DNA of 64,000 nucleotides from Candidatus Caccoplasma sp. GTDB taxonomy: Bacteria; Bacteroidota; Bacteroidia; Bacteroidales; G3-4614. The DNA lies in the NCBI GenBank assembly GCA_045613905.1, contig JAZLBW010000002.1, positions 68,502-132,501 of the forward strand, read 5' to 3'. The notes beneath the pieces were generated by a model, which did not search any database, was not told the origin of the DNA, and worked only from the letters and a program-made list of their open reading frames with translations. Position 1 is the stretch's first letter; each line of letters begins with the position of its first letter. Of the stretch, positions 1-10,486 are shown in pieces. The translations under genes and the position numbers were made by a program.

Positions 1-864
1 GTTGCAATGCCCTCTTCTTTCGGACTTTGGTTTGGCGCATACGCTGAGAGTATTGTTGACGACCTTACCGTTTTGCAAGGTGCATATAAGGTTGTAAACA
101 GAAATCCTCTTGGTTCGGCTGCAGGTTATGGCTCGTCGTTCCCACTGAACAGAACCATGACTACAAATCTTTTGGGCTTTGATTCGATGAACTACAACGT
201 GGTGTACGCTCAAATGAGTAGAGGTAAAACTGAACGTATTGTTGCCACAGCCATTGCATCTATTGCCGCTACAATATCAAAACTTGCTTTTGATGCTTGT
301 ATGTTCAACTCTCAAAACTTTGGGTTTGTCAAACTTCCCGATGAGTACACTACAGGTTCGAGCATCATGCCTCACAAAAAGAACCCCGATGTATTTGAGT
401 TGACTCGTGCAAAATGCAATAAACTTCAATCATTACCATACCAAATTACTCTTATTGCAAACAACCTTCCCTCTGGATATTTCCGAGATATGCAACTCAT
501 TAAGGAATCGTTCTTACCAGCCTTCGCTGAGCTTAAGGACTGCTTGATTATGACTACCGAAATGGTTCGTTTGATTGAGATTAAAGAGGATATTATTGAA
601 GACGACAAATATAAATACGCCTTCAGCGTTGAGGAGGTAAACCGCAGAGCAAAAGAGGGAACTCCTTTCCGCGATGCTTACAAACAAGTGGGTATTGAGA
701 TTGAAGAGGGACGTTTTACCCCCAACAAAAATATTAACCACACTCATGAAGGCAGCATAGGCAACTTGTGCAACGACCAAATCTCAAAACTTGAAGAGGA
801 GATTGTTGCAGGTTTTGCTTTTGAAAAATTTGAAAAGGCTCAAAACCAATTGCTTTCGAAGTAG
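1..864 (+). CDS. argH: argininosuccinate lyase, C-terminal part (5' end outside window)
   Basis: ORF is open to the window edge in frame 1. It carries the fumarate-lyase family signature GSSIMPHKKNPDVFE. Confidence 0.9.
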   Translation, partial: VAMPSSFGLWFGAYAESIVDDLTVLQGAYKVVNRNPLGSAAGYGSSFPLNRTMTTNLLGFDSMNYNVVYAQMSRGKTERIVATAIASIAATISKLAFDACMFNSQNFGFVKLPDEYTTGSSIMPHKKNPDVFELTRAKCNKLQSLPYQITLIANNLPSGYFRDMQLIKESFLPAFAELKDCLIMTTEMVRLIEIKEDIIEDDKYKYAFSVEEVNRRAKEGTPFRDAYKQVGIEIEEGRFTPNKNINHTHEGSIGNLCNDQISKLEEEIVAGFAFEKFEKAQNQLLSK

Positions 865-872
865 TTCTTAGA

Positions 873-1361
873 ATGAAAAAGGTTACAATATTACTACTAT
901 TCACAACAATATTTTGTTTGGGTTGCTCTGACGTTGATGACGAAAGAGTTCCCCTGACAAGTGTTAGAATAGAGGTTACATTGGCCCAACAACAAAACAG
1001 AAGTTATTGGGCTAATGTTCCTGCTACTTTTGTAACTTTCCTCAAACCAAATGTTCCATATGGTTTTCCCTACACTATTTCATCTACCACAGGCTATGGC
1101 GGAGTTTTACAGGTTTGTGGTTTTGACAACCAACTATTTGCTTTTGATTTAAGTTGCCCTTACGAACACAATCCCAATATCAGAATTGAAATTAGCGAAA
1201 CAGACCTAAACGCATTCTGTAGAGAGTGCGGCTCAACCTACGATGTATTCTATGGCAGTGGTGCTCCCATTAACGGACCTTCTGCAACAAACGGATATTC
1301 TCTTAGAAAATACAATATAACATATATCTCCTCTACAGGGTCATATATGATAATAAACTAA
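873..1361 (+). CDS. hypothetical lipoprotein
   Basis: 162-aa ORF with a signal peptide and lipobox (FCLGCSD). Tightly packed between argH and the esterase gene. No family recognised. Confidence 0.55.
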   Translation: MKKVTILLLFTTIFCLGCSDVDDERVPLTSVRIEVTLAQQQNRSYWANVPATFVTFLKPNVPYGFPYTISSTTGYGGVLQVCGFDNQLFAFDLSCPYEHNPNIRIEISETDLNAFCRECGSTYDVFYGSGAPINGPSATNGYSLRKYNITYISSTGSYMIIN

Positions 1362-1372
1362 TTCTTAACTAT

Positions 1373-3439
1373 ATGACCTCGCTTAAAAGATCTCTTATTT
1401 TAGCATTATCTCTAATGATGTATCTTTCGGTTTTTGCCGATAAAATAAAAGTTGCTTGTATTGGTAATAGTGTTACTTACGGTTATCTCCTACCCGATAG
1501 AGAACAAAATGCCTACCCATTTCAACTACAAAAGATGTTGGGAGAGGATTATGAGGTTGGCAACTTTGGGAAAAGCGGTGCTACACTACTGAATAAAGGA
1601 CACCGCCCATATATGCAACAGCAAGAGTACAAAGATGCGATGGCTTTTGGTGGAGATATTGCCATTATTCATTTAGGGCTGAACGATACCGACCCTCGAA
1701 ATTGGCCAAACTACAGCGAGGATTTTGAGAAAGATTATTATGCTCTAATAGACTCCGTTAAAAAAGCTAACCCCAAATGCAAGGTATGGATTTGCAGGAT
1801 GTCGCCCATTACAGATAAACATTGGCGTTTTAAATCGGGTACTCGTGATTGGTACAGACAAATTCAGACTCACATTGAGGATATTGCAAAGATTAAAGGC
1901 GTGGGACTAATTGATTTACAAGCTCCTTTATATGATTTACCAAATCTTCTTCCCGATGCTCTTCACCCCGACACAACCGGTGCCAAAATTATTGCAAAAA
2001 CAGTTTATTCGGCAATAACAGGTAACTATGGAGGATTGAAGATGTCGCCTGTATATAGCGATAATATGATATTGCAACATGATATGCCTATTGAAATTAA
2101 AGGTATTGCAAATGTTGGAGACGAAGTTACCGTAAAAATTGCAGGCGAGAAGTACAAAACCAAATGTGGAGAAAATGGCAAATGGTGTGTAAAGATTAAA
2201 CCTTTAAAGGCAGGAACAGGATATACCCTATCTGTTAGTACTAAAGATAAGAGTTATACTTATTCAAATGTTGCAGCCGGAGAGGTGTGGCTATGTTCGG
2301 GACAATCGAATATGGCATTTATGATTTGGGAAGGGGCTACAGCTAAAGAGGATGTTGTAAACGCAAACAACAGCAATATAAGACTCTTTAATATGAAACC
2401 TGCTCACGAAACAAACGATGTTGAGTGGGATGTAACATTCCTTGACTCACTAAACAGATTGGATTACTATAAGCCTTCTGAATGGCAAATTTGCGACAAA
2501 GAAACAGTCAACTCATTCTCGGCTGTAGCATATCATTTTGGTAAAGTTCTCGCAGATTCATTGGATATTCCTGTTGGTCTTATATGCAATGCTATTGGCG
2601 GTTCAGCAGCAGAATCGTGGATTTCGAGAGATATTATAGAGGAGAAAATACCCGATATATTGAAAGATTGGACAAAAAATGATATGGTTCAAGATTGGGT
2701 TAGAGGCAGAGCTGAACGAAATTGTAAAAAATCTTCAGTAAGCGGTCAACGCCACCCATATGAACCTACATATTTATATGCAGTTAACCAACCAATCATT
2801 GGTGATTTTAAAGTTAAAGGTATGATTTGGTATCAAGGAGAAAGCAATGCTCACAATATTGAGTTGCACGAACAGCTATTCCCAATGGTTATTGATAGCT
2901 GGAGGGCGCAACAAAACAACCCGGATATGCCTTTCTACTTTGTGCAGTTGTCAAGTATAAACCGTCCGTCGTGGTGTAATTTCCGCAACAGCCAACGCAT
3001 AATGAGCGAAACACTACACAATGTTGGAATGGCTGTTTCATCGGACAAAGGTGATGAGACAAATGTTCACCCTATCCACAAAAAGGAGATTGGAGAGAGA
3101 TTGGCTCGCGTTGCTCTTAACAAGAGTTATGAAATGAGCGACATTACCCCTTCGGGGCCAATGTTTAAAAGCGTTACCTTTGATGGAGGTGCTGCTTACC
3201 CCACCTTTGAATATGGCGAAGGGTTACAAGCGTCAGATGGTGGAGATATTATTGGTTTTGAAGTTGCCGGAGAGGATAAAATTTTCTACCCTGCCAAAGT
3301 TGAAATAAAAAATGACAAAATCAAAGTATGGAGCAAAAAGGTGAAAGCTCCCGTATATATCCGCTACGGTTGGCAACCTTATACTGAGGCAAACCTTGTA
3401 AACAGTGATTTGCTTCCTGCAAGTACTTTTAAGAATTGA
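1373..3439 (+). CDS. sialate O-acetylesterase-like two-domain esterase (SGNH/GDSL + SASA domain)
   Basis: Signal peptide. N-terminal SGNH blocks ACIGNSVTYG, GLNDT and DALHP. C-terminal SASA-type motif CSGQSNM. Confidence 0.8.
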   Translation: MTSLKRSLILALSLMMYLSVFADKIKVACIGNSVTYGYLLPDREQNAYPFQLQKMLGEDYEVGNFGKSGATLLNKGHRPYMQQQEYKDAMAFGGDIAIIHLGLNDTDPRNWPNYSEDFEKDYYALIDSVKKANPKCKVWICRMSPITDKHWRFKSGTRDWYRQIQTHIEDIAKIKGVGLIDLQAPLYDLPNLLPDALHPDTTGAKIIAKTVYSAITGNYGGLKMSPVYSDNMILQHDMPIEIKGIANVGDEVTVKIAGEKYKTKCGENGKWCVKIKPLKAGTGYTLSVSTKDKSYTYSNVAAGEVWLCSGQSNMAFMIWEGATAKEDVVNANNSNIRLFNMKPAHETNDVEWDVTFLDSLNRLDYYKPSEWQICDKETVNSFSAVAYHFGKVLADSLDIPVGLICNAIGGSAAESWISRDIIEEKIPDILKDWTKNDMVQDWVRGRAERNCKKSSVSGQRHPYEPTYLYAVNQPIIGDFKVKGMIWYQGESNAHNIELHEQLFPMVIDSWRAQQNNPDMPFYFVQLSSINRPSWCNFRNSQRIMSETLHNVGMAVSSDKGDETNVHPIHKKEIGERLARVALNKSYEMSDITPSGPMFKSVTFDGGAAYPTFEYGEGLQASDGGDIIGFEVAGEDKIFYPAKVEIKNDKIKVWSKKVKAPVYIRYGWQPYTEANLVNSDLLPASTFKN

Positions 3440-3504
3440 GTTGTTAGTTGTCGGCTATGCCGCCCCTTCGGGGTAGTTGTTAGTTGTTAGTTACTAACAA
3501 CTAC
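3440..3504. repeat. TTAG-heptamer/hairpin intergenic element, copy A (GTTGTTA subtype)
   Basis: GTTGTTA units flank the hairpins CGGCTATGCCG and CCCCTTCGGGG. It ends in the 11-bp-arm palindrome TAGTTGTTAGT-T-ACTAACAACTA (3481-3503) followed by CTTTT. Lies between convergent genes. Confidence 0.7.
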
Positions 3505-3508
3505 TTTT

Positions 3509-4255
3509 CTAAATCTCCTCTAAATCACTTTTGACTTTTGCTGCTTCATTTTGAGAATCGCAATAACGGATAACTACTACTCCTTCTACAACATCATACT
3601 TCTCAATTGATATTTCAATAGTTCCTCCTGCATCTTTCCAACGACTGAACCATGTTACTTTTCCATCATTAAGTTCAAGCATTTTTGCTGAATTTGAATC
3701 GGTAATTGGATTTATTCTCTCTTTTGAGCCAACAGGCGCTCCATACTTACTTGTATATAATTTTTTATAATGATTATAGGTCTCTACCATTGATTTCCAA
3801 TCTCTTGAGGGGGTAAACATTACTATTACCCTATATACATTTTTTCCGTCATTATCTGACTCCACTTTAACGGTTGCTGTTTTCCCTGTGAAATCTCCTC
3901 CAAAAAGTATATCTTTTCCGTCTCTACCTGTTTGCGTAAAGCCTTTTGCTTTCAGCTTTTTACAAAACGATTCCATACTTCCCTTTATGGGTATTCCTTT
4001 AAATTTTAGATGATTAGCGGTATCTTCTCCCTCTTCTTGTACTGCTTTAACTACCTCGTTTATTTCTTTATCCTTTTTTACAACTTTAACGGATTGAGTT
4101 GTTTCCTCTACCTCTTCATCGTCAATAGAGAGATCCTCATCGGTATTCTCTCTGACTACGTTCTCTATACGATTTAATGTTGCATCATCAATATAATATG
4201 ATACCACCATATATATTCCTAACAAAATCAATAGTGTAATTAAAAGCTTTTTCAT
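3509..4255 (-). CDS. hypothetical membrane-anchored protein
   Basis: 248-aa ORF with an N-terminal TM helix, an acidic linker and a globular C-terminal region. No family recognised. Confidence 0.6.
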   Translation of the reverse strand: MKKLLITLLILLGIYMVVSYYIDDATLNRIENVVRENTDEDLSIDDEEVEETTQSVKVVKKDKEINEVVKAVQEEGEDTANHLKFKGIPIKGSMESFCKKLKAKGFTQTGRDGKDILFGGDFTGKTATVKVESDNDGKNVYRVIVMFTPSRDWKSMVETYNHYKKLYTSKYGAPVGSKERINPITDSNSAKMLELNDGKVTWFSRWKDAGGTIEISIEKYDVVEGVVVIRYCDSQNEAAKVKSDLEEI

Positions 4256-4296
4256 ATTCTTCCCTATATTTTAATGTTTTATATACTAAAAAATAT

Positions 4297-5517
4297 CTAT
4301 TTCAATAACAACGAAGAGTCGCCGTAGCTTAAGAAGCGGAAGTTGTTTGCAAGTGCATAATCGTATATCTCACGCCACTTTTCGCCACCTCCAATGTAGG
4401 CTGACACCAACAGCAACAGGGTGCTTTTGGGTTGGTGGAAGTTTGTGATTATTCCGTCCACGACTTTGAATTGATAGTTTGGTACTATTATTATTTGTGT
4501 TGATGTTACCAAATGAGTTAGGTTATTTGCTTTCAAATAATCAGCAATATTTTTAAAAGCCTCTTGTCGCGTTACACCGCTTGGGCAGTCGTATGGTTGC
4601 CACTGCGATACTTTTAGCGAAAGTGGATTTTCCGGTTCACGACCCAATGCCGCTCCTATATGATATAACGACTCCAATGTACGCACCGAGGTTGTTCCCA
4701 CTGCTATTACCGTGCGAGTGGTGTTTGCTATTTTTTCGATTATTTCGAGTGGCACGGATATTAACTCGGTGTGCATATCATGACCTCCGATTGTTTCACT
4801 CTTTACAGGGCGGAATGTTCCTGCTCCTACATGCAGGGTTACTTCGGCTGTTTCGATTCCGCTATCTGCCAATGATGTAAACACCTCGGGGGTAAAGTGA
4901 AGCCCTGCTGTTGGTGCTGCTACCGACCCCTCTATTTTTGAATATACGGTTTGGTATGTGGTTTTGTCGCTCTCCTCAGCCTCGCGATTTAGGTATGGAG
5001 GAATTGGCAACTCACCTACAGCATCTAACAATCGAGCAAATGTTACCGATGAGTTATTCCACGAAAAACGTATCTGCTGTGGCGAGCCTGTGGTGATTCT
5101 CTCTGCCGAGAATTTCACGGTTGTTCCATCAACCTCAACCTCACGAGTAAGTTTTCCCTCTTTCCACTTTTTTGAGTTTCCTACCAAACAATCCCACACA
5201 CAACTTTCGGTTGACTGAAACGATAGTGCATAGTCTGCAGGTGTATGAGGTTCAAGGCAGAATATCTCAATGGATGCTCCACTCTCTTTTTGAAAGTGAA
5301 GGCGCGCCTGTATTACTCTTGTATTATTGAATACAAGTAGTGAATTTTGGGGCAGATGGGAAGGTAAGGTATTGAACTTGTCTTCCGCTAATTCTCCGCC
5401 TTTATATAGTAGTAGTTTTGATGTGTCGCGTTTGGGCAATGGAAATTTTGCTATTCGTTCATCGGGGAGCGGATAGTCGTATGATTCCATTGATATGTTT
5501 TTATACTCTTGACTCAT
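4297..5517 (-). CDS. queA: S-adenosylmethionine:tRNA ribosyltransferase-isomerase
   Basis: 406 aa. QueA-like motifs PIPPYL and TLHVGAGTFRPV. Typical QueA length. Confidence 0.9.
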   Translation of the reverse strand: MSQEYKNISMESYDYPLPDERIAKFPLPKRDTSKLLLYKGGELAEDKFNTLPSHLPQNSLLVFNNTRVIQARLHFQKESGASIEIFCLEPHTPADYALSFQSTESCVWDCLVGNSKKWKEGKLTREVEVDGTTVKFSAERITTGSPQQIRFSWNNSSVTFARLLDAVGELPIPPYLNREAEESDKTTYQTVYSKIEGSVAAPTAGLHFTPEVFTSLADSGIETAEVTLHVGAGTFRPVKSETIGGHDMHTELISVPLEIIEKIANTTRTVIAVGTTSVRTLESLYHIGAALGREPENPLSLKVSQWQPYDCPSGVTRQEAFKNIADYLKANNLTHLVTSTQIIIVPNYQFKVVDGIITNFHQPKSTLLLLVSAYIGGGEKWREIYDYALANNFRFLSYGDSSLLLK

Positions 5518-6533
5518 TGTTTTAAGTATTGTTTAAAACCTTTGCTATAATATATGTTATATTGTGCTGTATCTCCGGGACAGATAAACATTGCCTCTAA
5601 TGTAGAGTCGGCATCGATGATTGAGATTCCCTCCTCTACTCCAAGTACCATAAGGGCTGTTGCATATGCATCGGCTATTGCACAATCGTTCGCTATGACC
5701 GTTGCACTCAACACTCTTGCTTGAGTTGGGTATCCTGTACGAGGGTCGATTATATGCCACACTTTTTGAGACTCTTCCTGTTTGAATTTACGATAGTTAC
5801 CCGATGTCGCCAACGATTTATCTGACAGCTGTAATATGGAGTGTATGTCCCCGCCTTTGTTGCTCTCCTCGGGTTTATCAACTCCTATTCTCCACTCCTC
5901 GCCTTTGGGATTGAGACCTTTACAGTTTATCTCCCCCCCTATGTTTACCAAATAGTCTGTGACTCCTTTTTTATCTAAATATTTTGCAACCAAATCGACT
6001 ATATAGCCTTTTGCTATTGCCGAAAAGTTAAGGGTTGTATTGGCATTTTCTTTTAAAACTCGGCTGTCTGAAGTGAGTGTTATTTTGTTCATTCCAACGA
6101 ACGTTTTAAGGCTGTCAACCTCTGCCTGATTAGGGTATTTCTCTGTTTTAAAGCCAAATCCCCATGCATTTATCAAAGGTGAAATTGTTGGATCAAATAC
6201 GCCCGATGTTGCCTCATATACCTCTTGCGAGAGGGCGATTACATCTTTTAATAACTCATCGGCTCGCGCCGTTGAGTCGTTATTGTTTATTGCCGCAATA
6301 ATTGAGTTTTTATTAAATGGCGAAAGTGAATAATCGAACTCATCTAATAAGGTTGCGATTGAATCGCTTAAATCAACCTCCGATTTGTAGGTTACACTAT
6401 AAAAAGTGGAGTACTTCTCTCCTTTACTCTCTTGGTAAGGTATTTCTCCTCCACTAAATAGTCTTATTAGCAGAAATGCCACCAATACCACTACCGAAGC
6501 AACCCATCCTTTAAAGTTTCTTATATAGTCCAT
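5514..6533 (-). CDS. apbE: FAD:protein FMN transferase (ApbE family)
   Basis: 339 aa with an N-terminal anchor. ApbE-like motifs AKGY, ATSGNYRKF and IDPRTGYP. Overlaps the queA start by 4 nt. Confidence 0.85.
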   Translation of the reverse strand: MDYIRNFKGWVASVVVLVAFLLIRLFSGGEIPYQESKGEKYSTFYSVTYKSEVDLSDSIATLLDEFDYSLSPFNKNSIIAAINNNDSTARADELLKDVIALSQEVYEATSGVFDPTISPLINAWGFGFKTEKYPNQAEVDSLKTFVGMNKITLTSDSRVLKENANTTLNFSAIAKGYIVDLVAKYLDKKGVTDYLVNIGGEINCKGLNPKGEEWRIGVDKPEESNKGGDIHSILQLSDKSLATSGNYRKFKQEESQKVWHIIDPRTGYPTQARVLSATVIANDCAIADAYATALMVLGVEEGISIIDADSTLEAMFICPGDTAQYNIYYSKGFKQYLKQ

Positions 6534-6547
6534 TTATCACCTTTTTT

Positions 6548-7246
6548 TTAACGGAATGTTATATGAAAACATCCTTGTTTTACCTCATATTTCACAAAAC
6601 ACTTACCTTGATTTTTAAAGTTCTGCAATATCTCGGCAAGCAGTAGCTTTAAATCTATCTCCTCTATTATAAATTGAGGGTTATATTTATCGAATCTACG
6701 ATATGTTATATCTACGGTTGTTCCGTAAAGGTGTGCCGAGTTTTCTGTTGAGTTGCGATTTCGACGACGTAGTTTCTTTATGTCACTATGCTGACGCAAT
6801 ACACTTGTTACTATAAATCTATGGCTTCCTCCTCCACGTGCTGCAAGTGTATCGCAAAAAGCTTTTCCCAACTCTTCTAAACGAGCTTTTGCATGAGGCA
6901 CTAAATAGGGATGCGAATGTGTAAGCGAATCTATAGTATAATATTCGCATGTTGCAACTTTCTGCAATCTTCCCGAAATGGTATCTGCAGGTATATCAAC
7001 ACTCTCGGGAGATATTCCATAAGAGGTTGCAACTGAGAGATGCAAATCGTTTTTATCATTAAAGGTTCTTTGGTACGAACCTCTGAAGTTTGTTTTTATA
7101 TCCTTCTCTACTGTTATATAATATGTTTCGGCAGGTACAGGAACGACAACCTCCTCAGGCTCTTCTTTTGTAACAAAAAAGATTATTACTCCTGCCAAAA
7201 GCAAGAGTAGCACTGCCAAAAATATATATTTATATACCCTATTCAT
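6548..7246 (-). CDS. peptidase M15 (VanY/LD-carboxypeptidase-like) family protein
   Basis: N-terminal TM helix. SAHLYGTTVDI resembles the SxHxxGxAxD zinc-site motif of M15B peptidases. Confidence 0.55.
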   Translation of the reverse strand: MNRVYKYIFLAVLLLLLAGVIIFFVTKEEPEEVVVPVPAETYYITVEKDIKTNFRGSYQRTFNDKNDLHLSVATSYGISPESVDIPADTISGRLQKVATCEYYTIDSLTHSHPYLVPHAKARLEELGKAFCDTLAARGGGSHRFIVTSVLRQHSDIKKLRRRNRNSTENSAHLYGTTVDITYRRFDKYNPQFIIEEIDLKLLLAEILQNFKNQGKCFVKYEVKQGCFHITFR

Positions 7247-7270
7247 AATGCTTTGCGAAGTTACAAAAAA

Positions 7271-7304
7271 AGAAGGTGTTTCCCAAATATGAGAAACACC
7301 TTCT
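7271..7304 (-). terminator. rho-independent terminator downstream of the aminotransferase gene (bidirectional shape)
   Basis: 12-bp perfect stem AGAAGGTGTTTC / GAAACACCTTCT with a 10-nt loop. Flanked by an A-run on one side and a T-run on the other. Confidence 0.65.
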
Positions 7305-7308
7305 TTTA

Positions 7309-7362
7309 TTAGTTGTCAACTACGTTGCCCCTTCGGGGTTGTTGTTAGTTTTTAGTTGTTTG
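7309..7362. repeat. TTAG-heptamer/hairpin intergenic element, copy B (TTAGTTG subtype)
   Basis: TTAGTTGTCAACT palindrome, GCCCCTTCGGGG hairpin, then TTGTTAGTTTTTAGTTGTTTG. Lies between the aminotransferase stop and its terminator. Confidence 0.65.
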
Positions 7363-7389
7363 TATCAATAAATCATTATAGCATACTGA

Positions 7390-8586
7390 TTATTTAAGGC
7401 GAGCAAGTGTCTCCTTAATACGACGCATAGCCTCAACAATATTCTCGTCTGAAGTTGCGTAAGAGAAACGTAGGTATTCAGGAGCGCCAAATGCTTTACC
7501 TCCTACTGTTGCCACGTGTCCTACCTCAAGAAGATACATTGCCAAATCAACAGCATCGTTGATTGTGCGCTCTCCGTCACTCTTACCAAAGAATGAACTT
7601 ACTTTTGGGAATAGATAGAATGCTCCTTGTGGTACGTTAACCTCAAATCCCGGAATTTCTTTAGCCAACTCCACTACCAAATTACGACGACGCTCAAATG
7701 CTTTACGCATCTCCTCTACGCAATCTTGAGGACCTGCAAATGCAGCCACTGATGCTTTTTGAGCTATTGAAGATGGTCCTGAAGTATATTGTCCTTGAAG
7801 TTTGTTACATGCTTTTGCCAACCAAAGGGGAGCTGCTACAAATCCAATACGCCATCCTGTCATTGCGTATGCTTTTGACACTCCGTTGATAACGGCTACG
7901 CGGTCTGCAATTTCAGGGAATTGTGCTATACTTTCGTGTTTGCCAATGTAGTTGATATGTTCATATATCTCATCGGCAATAATTACTATGCGTGGATATT
8001 TCGCCAATACTGCAGCAAGAGACTCCAACTCCTCTTTTGTATATACGCTACCTGTTGGGTTTGAGGGAGAGCAAAGGATTATTGCTTTTGTTTTTGGTGT
8101 GATTGCCTCCTCGAGTTGCGCCGGTGTAATTTTGAAATCTTGCTCAATTCCTGCAGGAACAAGAACACTTTTTCCCTCTGCAAGTTTCACCATTTCAACA
8201 TAACTTACCCAAGCCGGAGTGGGAATGATAACTTCATCATCTTTATCCACTACACACATAACCACGTTGCAAACCGATTGTTTTGCTCCGTTTGATACCA
8301 CTATTTGTTCGGGGGCGTATGTTAGATTGTTTTCGCGTTGCAATTTCTCTGATATTGCTTTACGCAAATCCATGTATCCGGGTACGGGAGAATAGAATGA
8401 GAAGTTATTATCTACTGCATCCTTTGCAGCTTGCTTTATATGTTCGGGTGTAAAGAAATCTGGTTCTCCAACACTTAAATTTATTACATCAACTCCTTGT
8501 GCCTTCAACTCTGCACTTTTTTGAGACATTGCCAATGTTTCTGATGGCGAAAGTGCATTTAAACGAGCGGAAATCATATCTGTCAT
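7390..8586 (-). CDS. pyridoxal phosphate-dependent aminotransferase (aspartate aminotransferase-like, class I)
   Basis: 398 aa with a PLP-lysine region SKAYAMTGWRIG and class I aminotransferase architecture. Confidence 0.85.
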   Translation of the reverse strand: MTDMISARLNALSPSETLAMSQKSAELKAQGVDVINLSVGEPDFFTPEHIKQAAKDAVDNNFSFYSPVPGYMDLRKAISEKLQRENNLTYAPEQIVVSNGAKQSVCNVVMCVVDKDDEVIIPTPAWVSYVEMVKLAEGKSVLVPAGIEQDFKITPAQLEEAITPKTKAIILCSPSNPTGSVYTKEELESLAAVLAKYPRIVIIADEIYEHINYIGKHESIAQFPEIADRVAVINGVSKAYAMTGWRIGFVAAPLWLAKACNKLQGQYTSGPSSIAQKASVAAFAGPQDCVEEMRKAFERRRNLVVELAKEIPGFEVNVPQGAFYLFPKVSSFFGKSDGERTINDAVDLAMYLLEVGHVATVGGKAFGAPEYLRFSYATSDENIVEAMRRIKETLARLK

Positions 8587-8854
8587 CCTTTTATTATATT
8601 GTTATTATTTATTTTGTTTTTTCATTAACTCCGCGAAGATAATGATAATTAGTTTTATTTCAAACAAATTTCTACAAAAACATTAATTTTTTTATCAATT
8701 ATTTTTCAAAGTGTATGTTTTTAATAAATATTTGAAACTTTTTATACGTTTATTTATAACAATTGTTACTTTAACATATGTTTTGATTTGATATATACAA
8801 AAAGAACACCTCGCACGAGATGTCCTTTTTTTTATTTTGTAAATTGCTATTCTA

Positions 8855-8968
8855 TTACTCTACAACTATTTTTTCTGTTCTGCCGTTTAAGACCAACACT
8901 TGACCCGATTGCGCATTTACAGTGATTATAAATAACGACACAAGCAGAAATAATAATCCTCTTTTCAT
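8855..8968 (-). CDS. candidate small secreted peptide (37 aa, below the ORF-track cutoff)
   Basis: Hand translation gives MKRGLLFLLVSLFIITVNAQSGQVLVLNGRTEKIVVE. ATG start, signal-peptide-like N-terminus ending VNA-Q, TAA stop. A weak hairpin plus T-run follows at 8804-8832. No promoter box was found. Confidence 0.3.
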   Translation of the reverse strand: MKRGLLFLLVSLFIITVNAQSGQVLVLNGRTEKIVVE

Positions 8969-9189
8969 ATAAAAATTATTTAAATTTTGCTATATAGATT
9001 TTCTTTTACAAAGAAAAATTAATGCCTGCTAATATACAATAGCGTTAATTAATTTTACTATTTATACCTCCAAATAGCACTTATTTTAACTTAAAAGAGG
9101 TTGTATATGCGATTTATCGCCACTAAGATTGTTGCATGTGAAATTTTTTCGTATATTCGCGATGAATCGTTAATTTAATCTTAAAGAGA

Positions 9190-10434
9190 ATGAAACGCTC
9201 TATTTTACTTTCTTTGGTTTTGATGTTCGTATCAATTCAGCTATTGGCTGACGAAACAGAGAATTCTCACATAGTTTATGAGAAAGGTAAAAGAAATTGG
9301 TTTATAGAGGGAGGTGCCAATGCCAACCTTTATTTAGGACAAGAGGATAAACAAATCCACTTCTTGAACCGCATAGGTTGGGGAGGCTCTTTCAACTTTG
9401 GTAAATGGTTCACTCCTTGCGTCGGTTTTAAAATGGAATTGAATGCCGCAGAATATTTTGGCAGTGCCTTTAATAGTTCTGAAGCAAACTTCGTGAAACA
9501 CAACAAAAAATGGGATAGACAATACACTCAAAACAATTTGAACAATTTGCAGTTCCAACAATTCTTTGCATTCAACCCCAACATAGATGTTATGTTCAAT
9601 CTATTCAACTCGTTAGGCAAAGCAAAGGAGAAGAGAGTTTTTGACATGATTCTGTCGGTAGGTGGCGGTGTATTGGTAAATAACGGAGCCAACGTTGAAT
9701 ACAACCTCAATAAAGATAAATCAAGAATCATTCTATCTCCTACATTTAACTTGGGATTGCAAGGCAAATTCAGATTATCAAAACATGTTGATTTGAATAT
9801 TGATTATAGGGTTGGATATGTATCAAATTCTTTCGATGGACAAACAACATGGACTTCTGTTTATCAATTGGGCGATTTAATATCGTCGGCAGGTATATCC
9901 ATTACGTATAAATTCAAACCTCGTGGATACGCCAAATGCAAAGTGGTAGAGGATAAAACTTCTGAGTTGGAATATTATAAAGGGTTATACAACTCCACCA
10001 AACAAGAGAATGATAGTTTAGCAAGAGCAAACCGAACTCTAAAAGAGAGTAATACAGAGTTGGCAAGTAAACTTTCGACACAACCTCAAGTTGAATACAT
10101 CAAAAAAGAGAGCAATTCTAAAATTATTGCAATCTTAGAGTACAAAATCGGAGTTTCGGAATTAAACAAAGAGAACAGATCTAAACTTAAAGTTGCAGCC
10201 GACATTATAAAAGACAATCCCGAATACACATTTGAAGTTTGCGGTTATGCTGATAACGAAACCGGTTCTAAAGATATAAATATTCGCTTGAGAAATGCTC
10301 GTGCCAACAGAGCAATCGACCAACTTTTACACTACGGTGTAAACCGCAATCAACTATTTAAATCGACTAACGACGGAGAGTTACCGGGAACTTCTACAAG
10401 AGCTATTATAATCCGCCAATTGGATTGTGAATAA
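9190..10434 (+). CDS. OmpA family outer membrane protein (beta-barrel + coiled coil + OmpA-like C-terminal domain)
   Basis: Signal peptide and an aromatic-rich barrel-like N-terminal half. Heptad-like linker. C-terminal OmpA_C-like region (CGYADNETGSKDINIRLRNARAN). Confidence 0.8.
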   Translation: MKRSILLSLVLMFVSIQLLADETENSHIVYEKGKRNWFIEGGANANLYLGQEDKQIHFLNRIGWGGSFNFGKWFTPCVGFKMELNAAEYFGSAFNSSEANFVKHNKKWDRQYTQNNLNNLQFQQFFAFNPNIDVMFNLFNSLGKAKEKRVFDMILSVGGGVLVNNGANVEYNLNKDKSRIILSPTFNLGLQGKFRLSKHVDLNIDYRVGYVSNSFDGQTTWTSVYQLGDLISSAGISITYKFKPRGYAKCKVVEDKTSELEYYKGLYNSTKQENDSLARANRTLKESNTELASKLSTQPQVEYIKKESNSKIIAILEYKIGVSELNKENRSKLKVAADIIKDNPEYTFEVCGYADNETGSKDINIRLRNARANRAIDQLLHYGVNRNQLFKSTNDGELPGTSTRAIIIRQLDCE

Positions 10435-10486
10435 TTGTTAGTTAACGCGTTTCGCGAGCCTATAGTTTTAAATGAAACATAAAAAC

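Noticed and set aside
5933-5939. C7 homopolymer considered as a frameshift-type phase-variation site
   Set aside because: It lies inside the intact apbE reading frame (encoding GGE), a housekeeping gene. The frame is uninterrupted and there is no sign of a switch.
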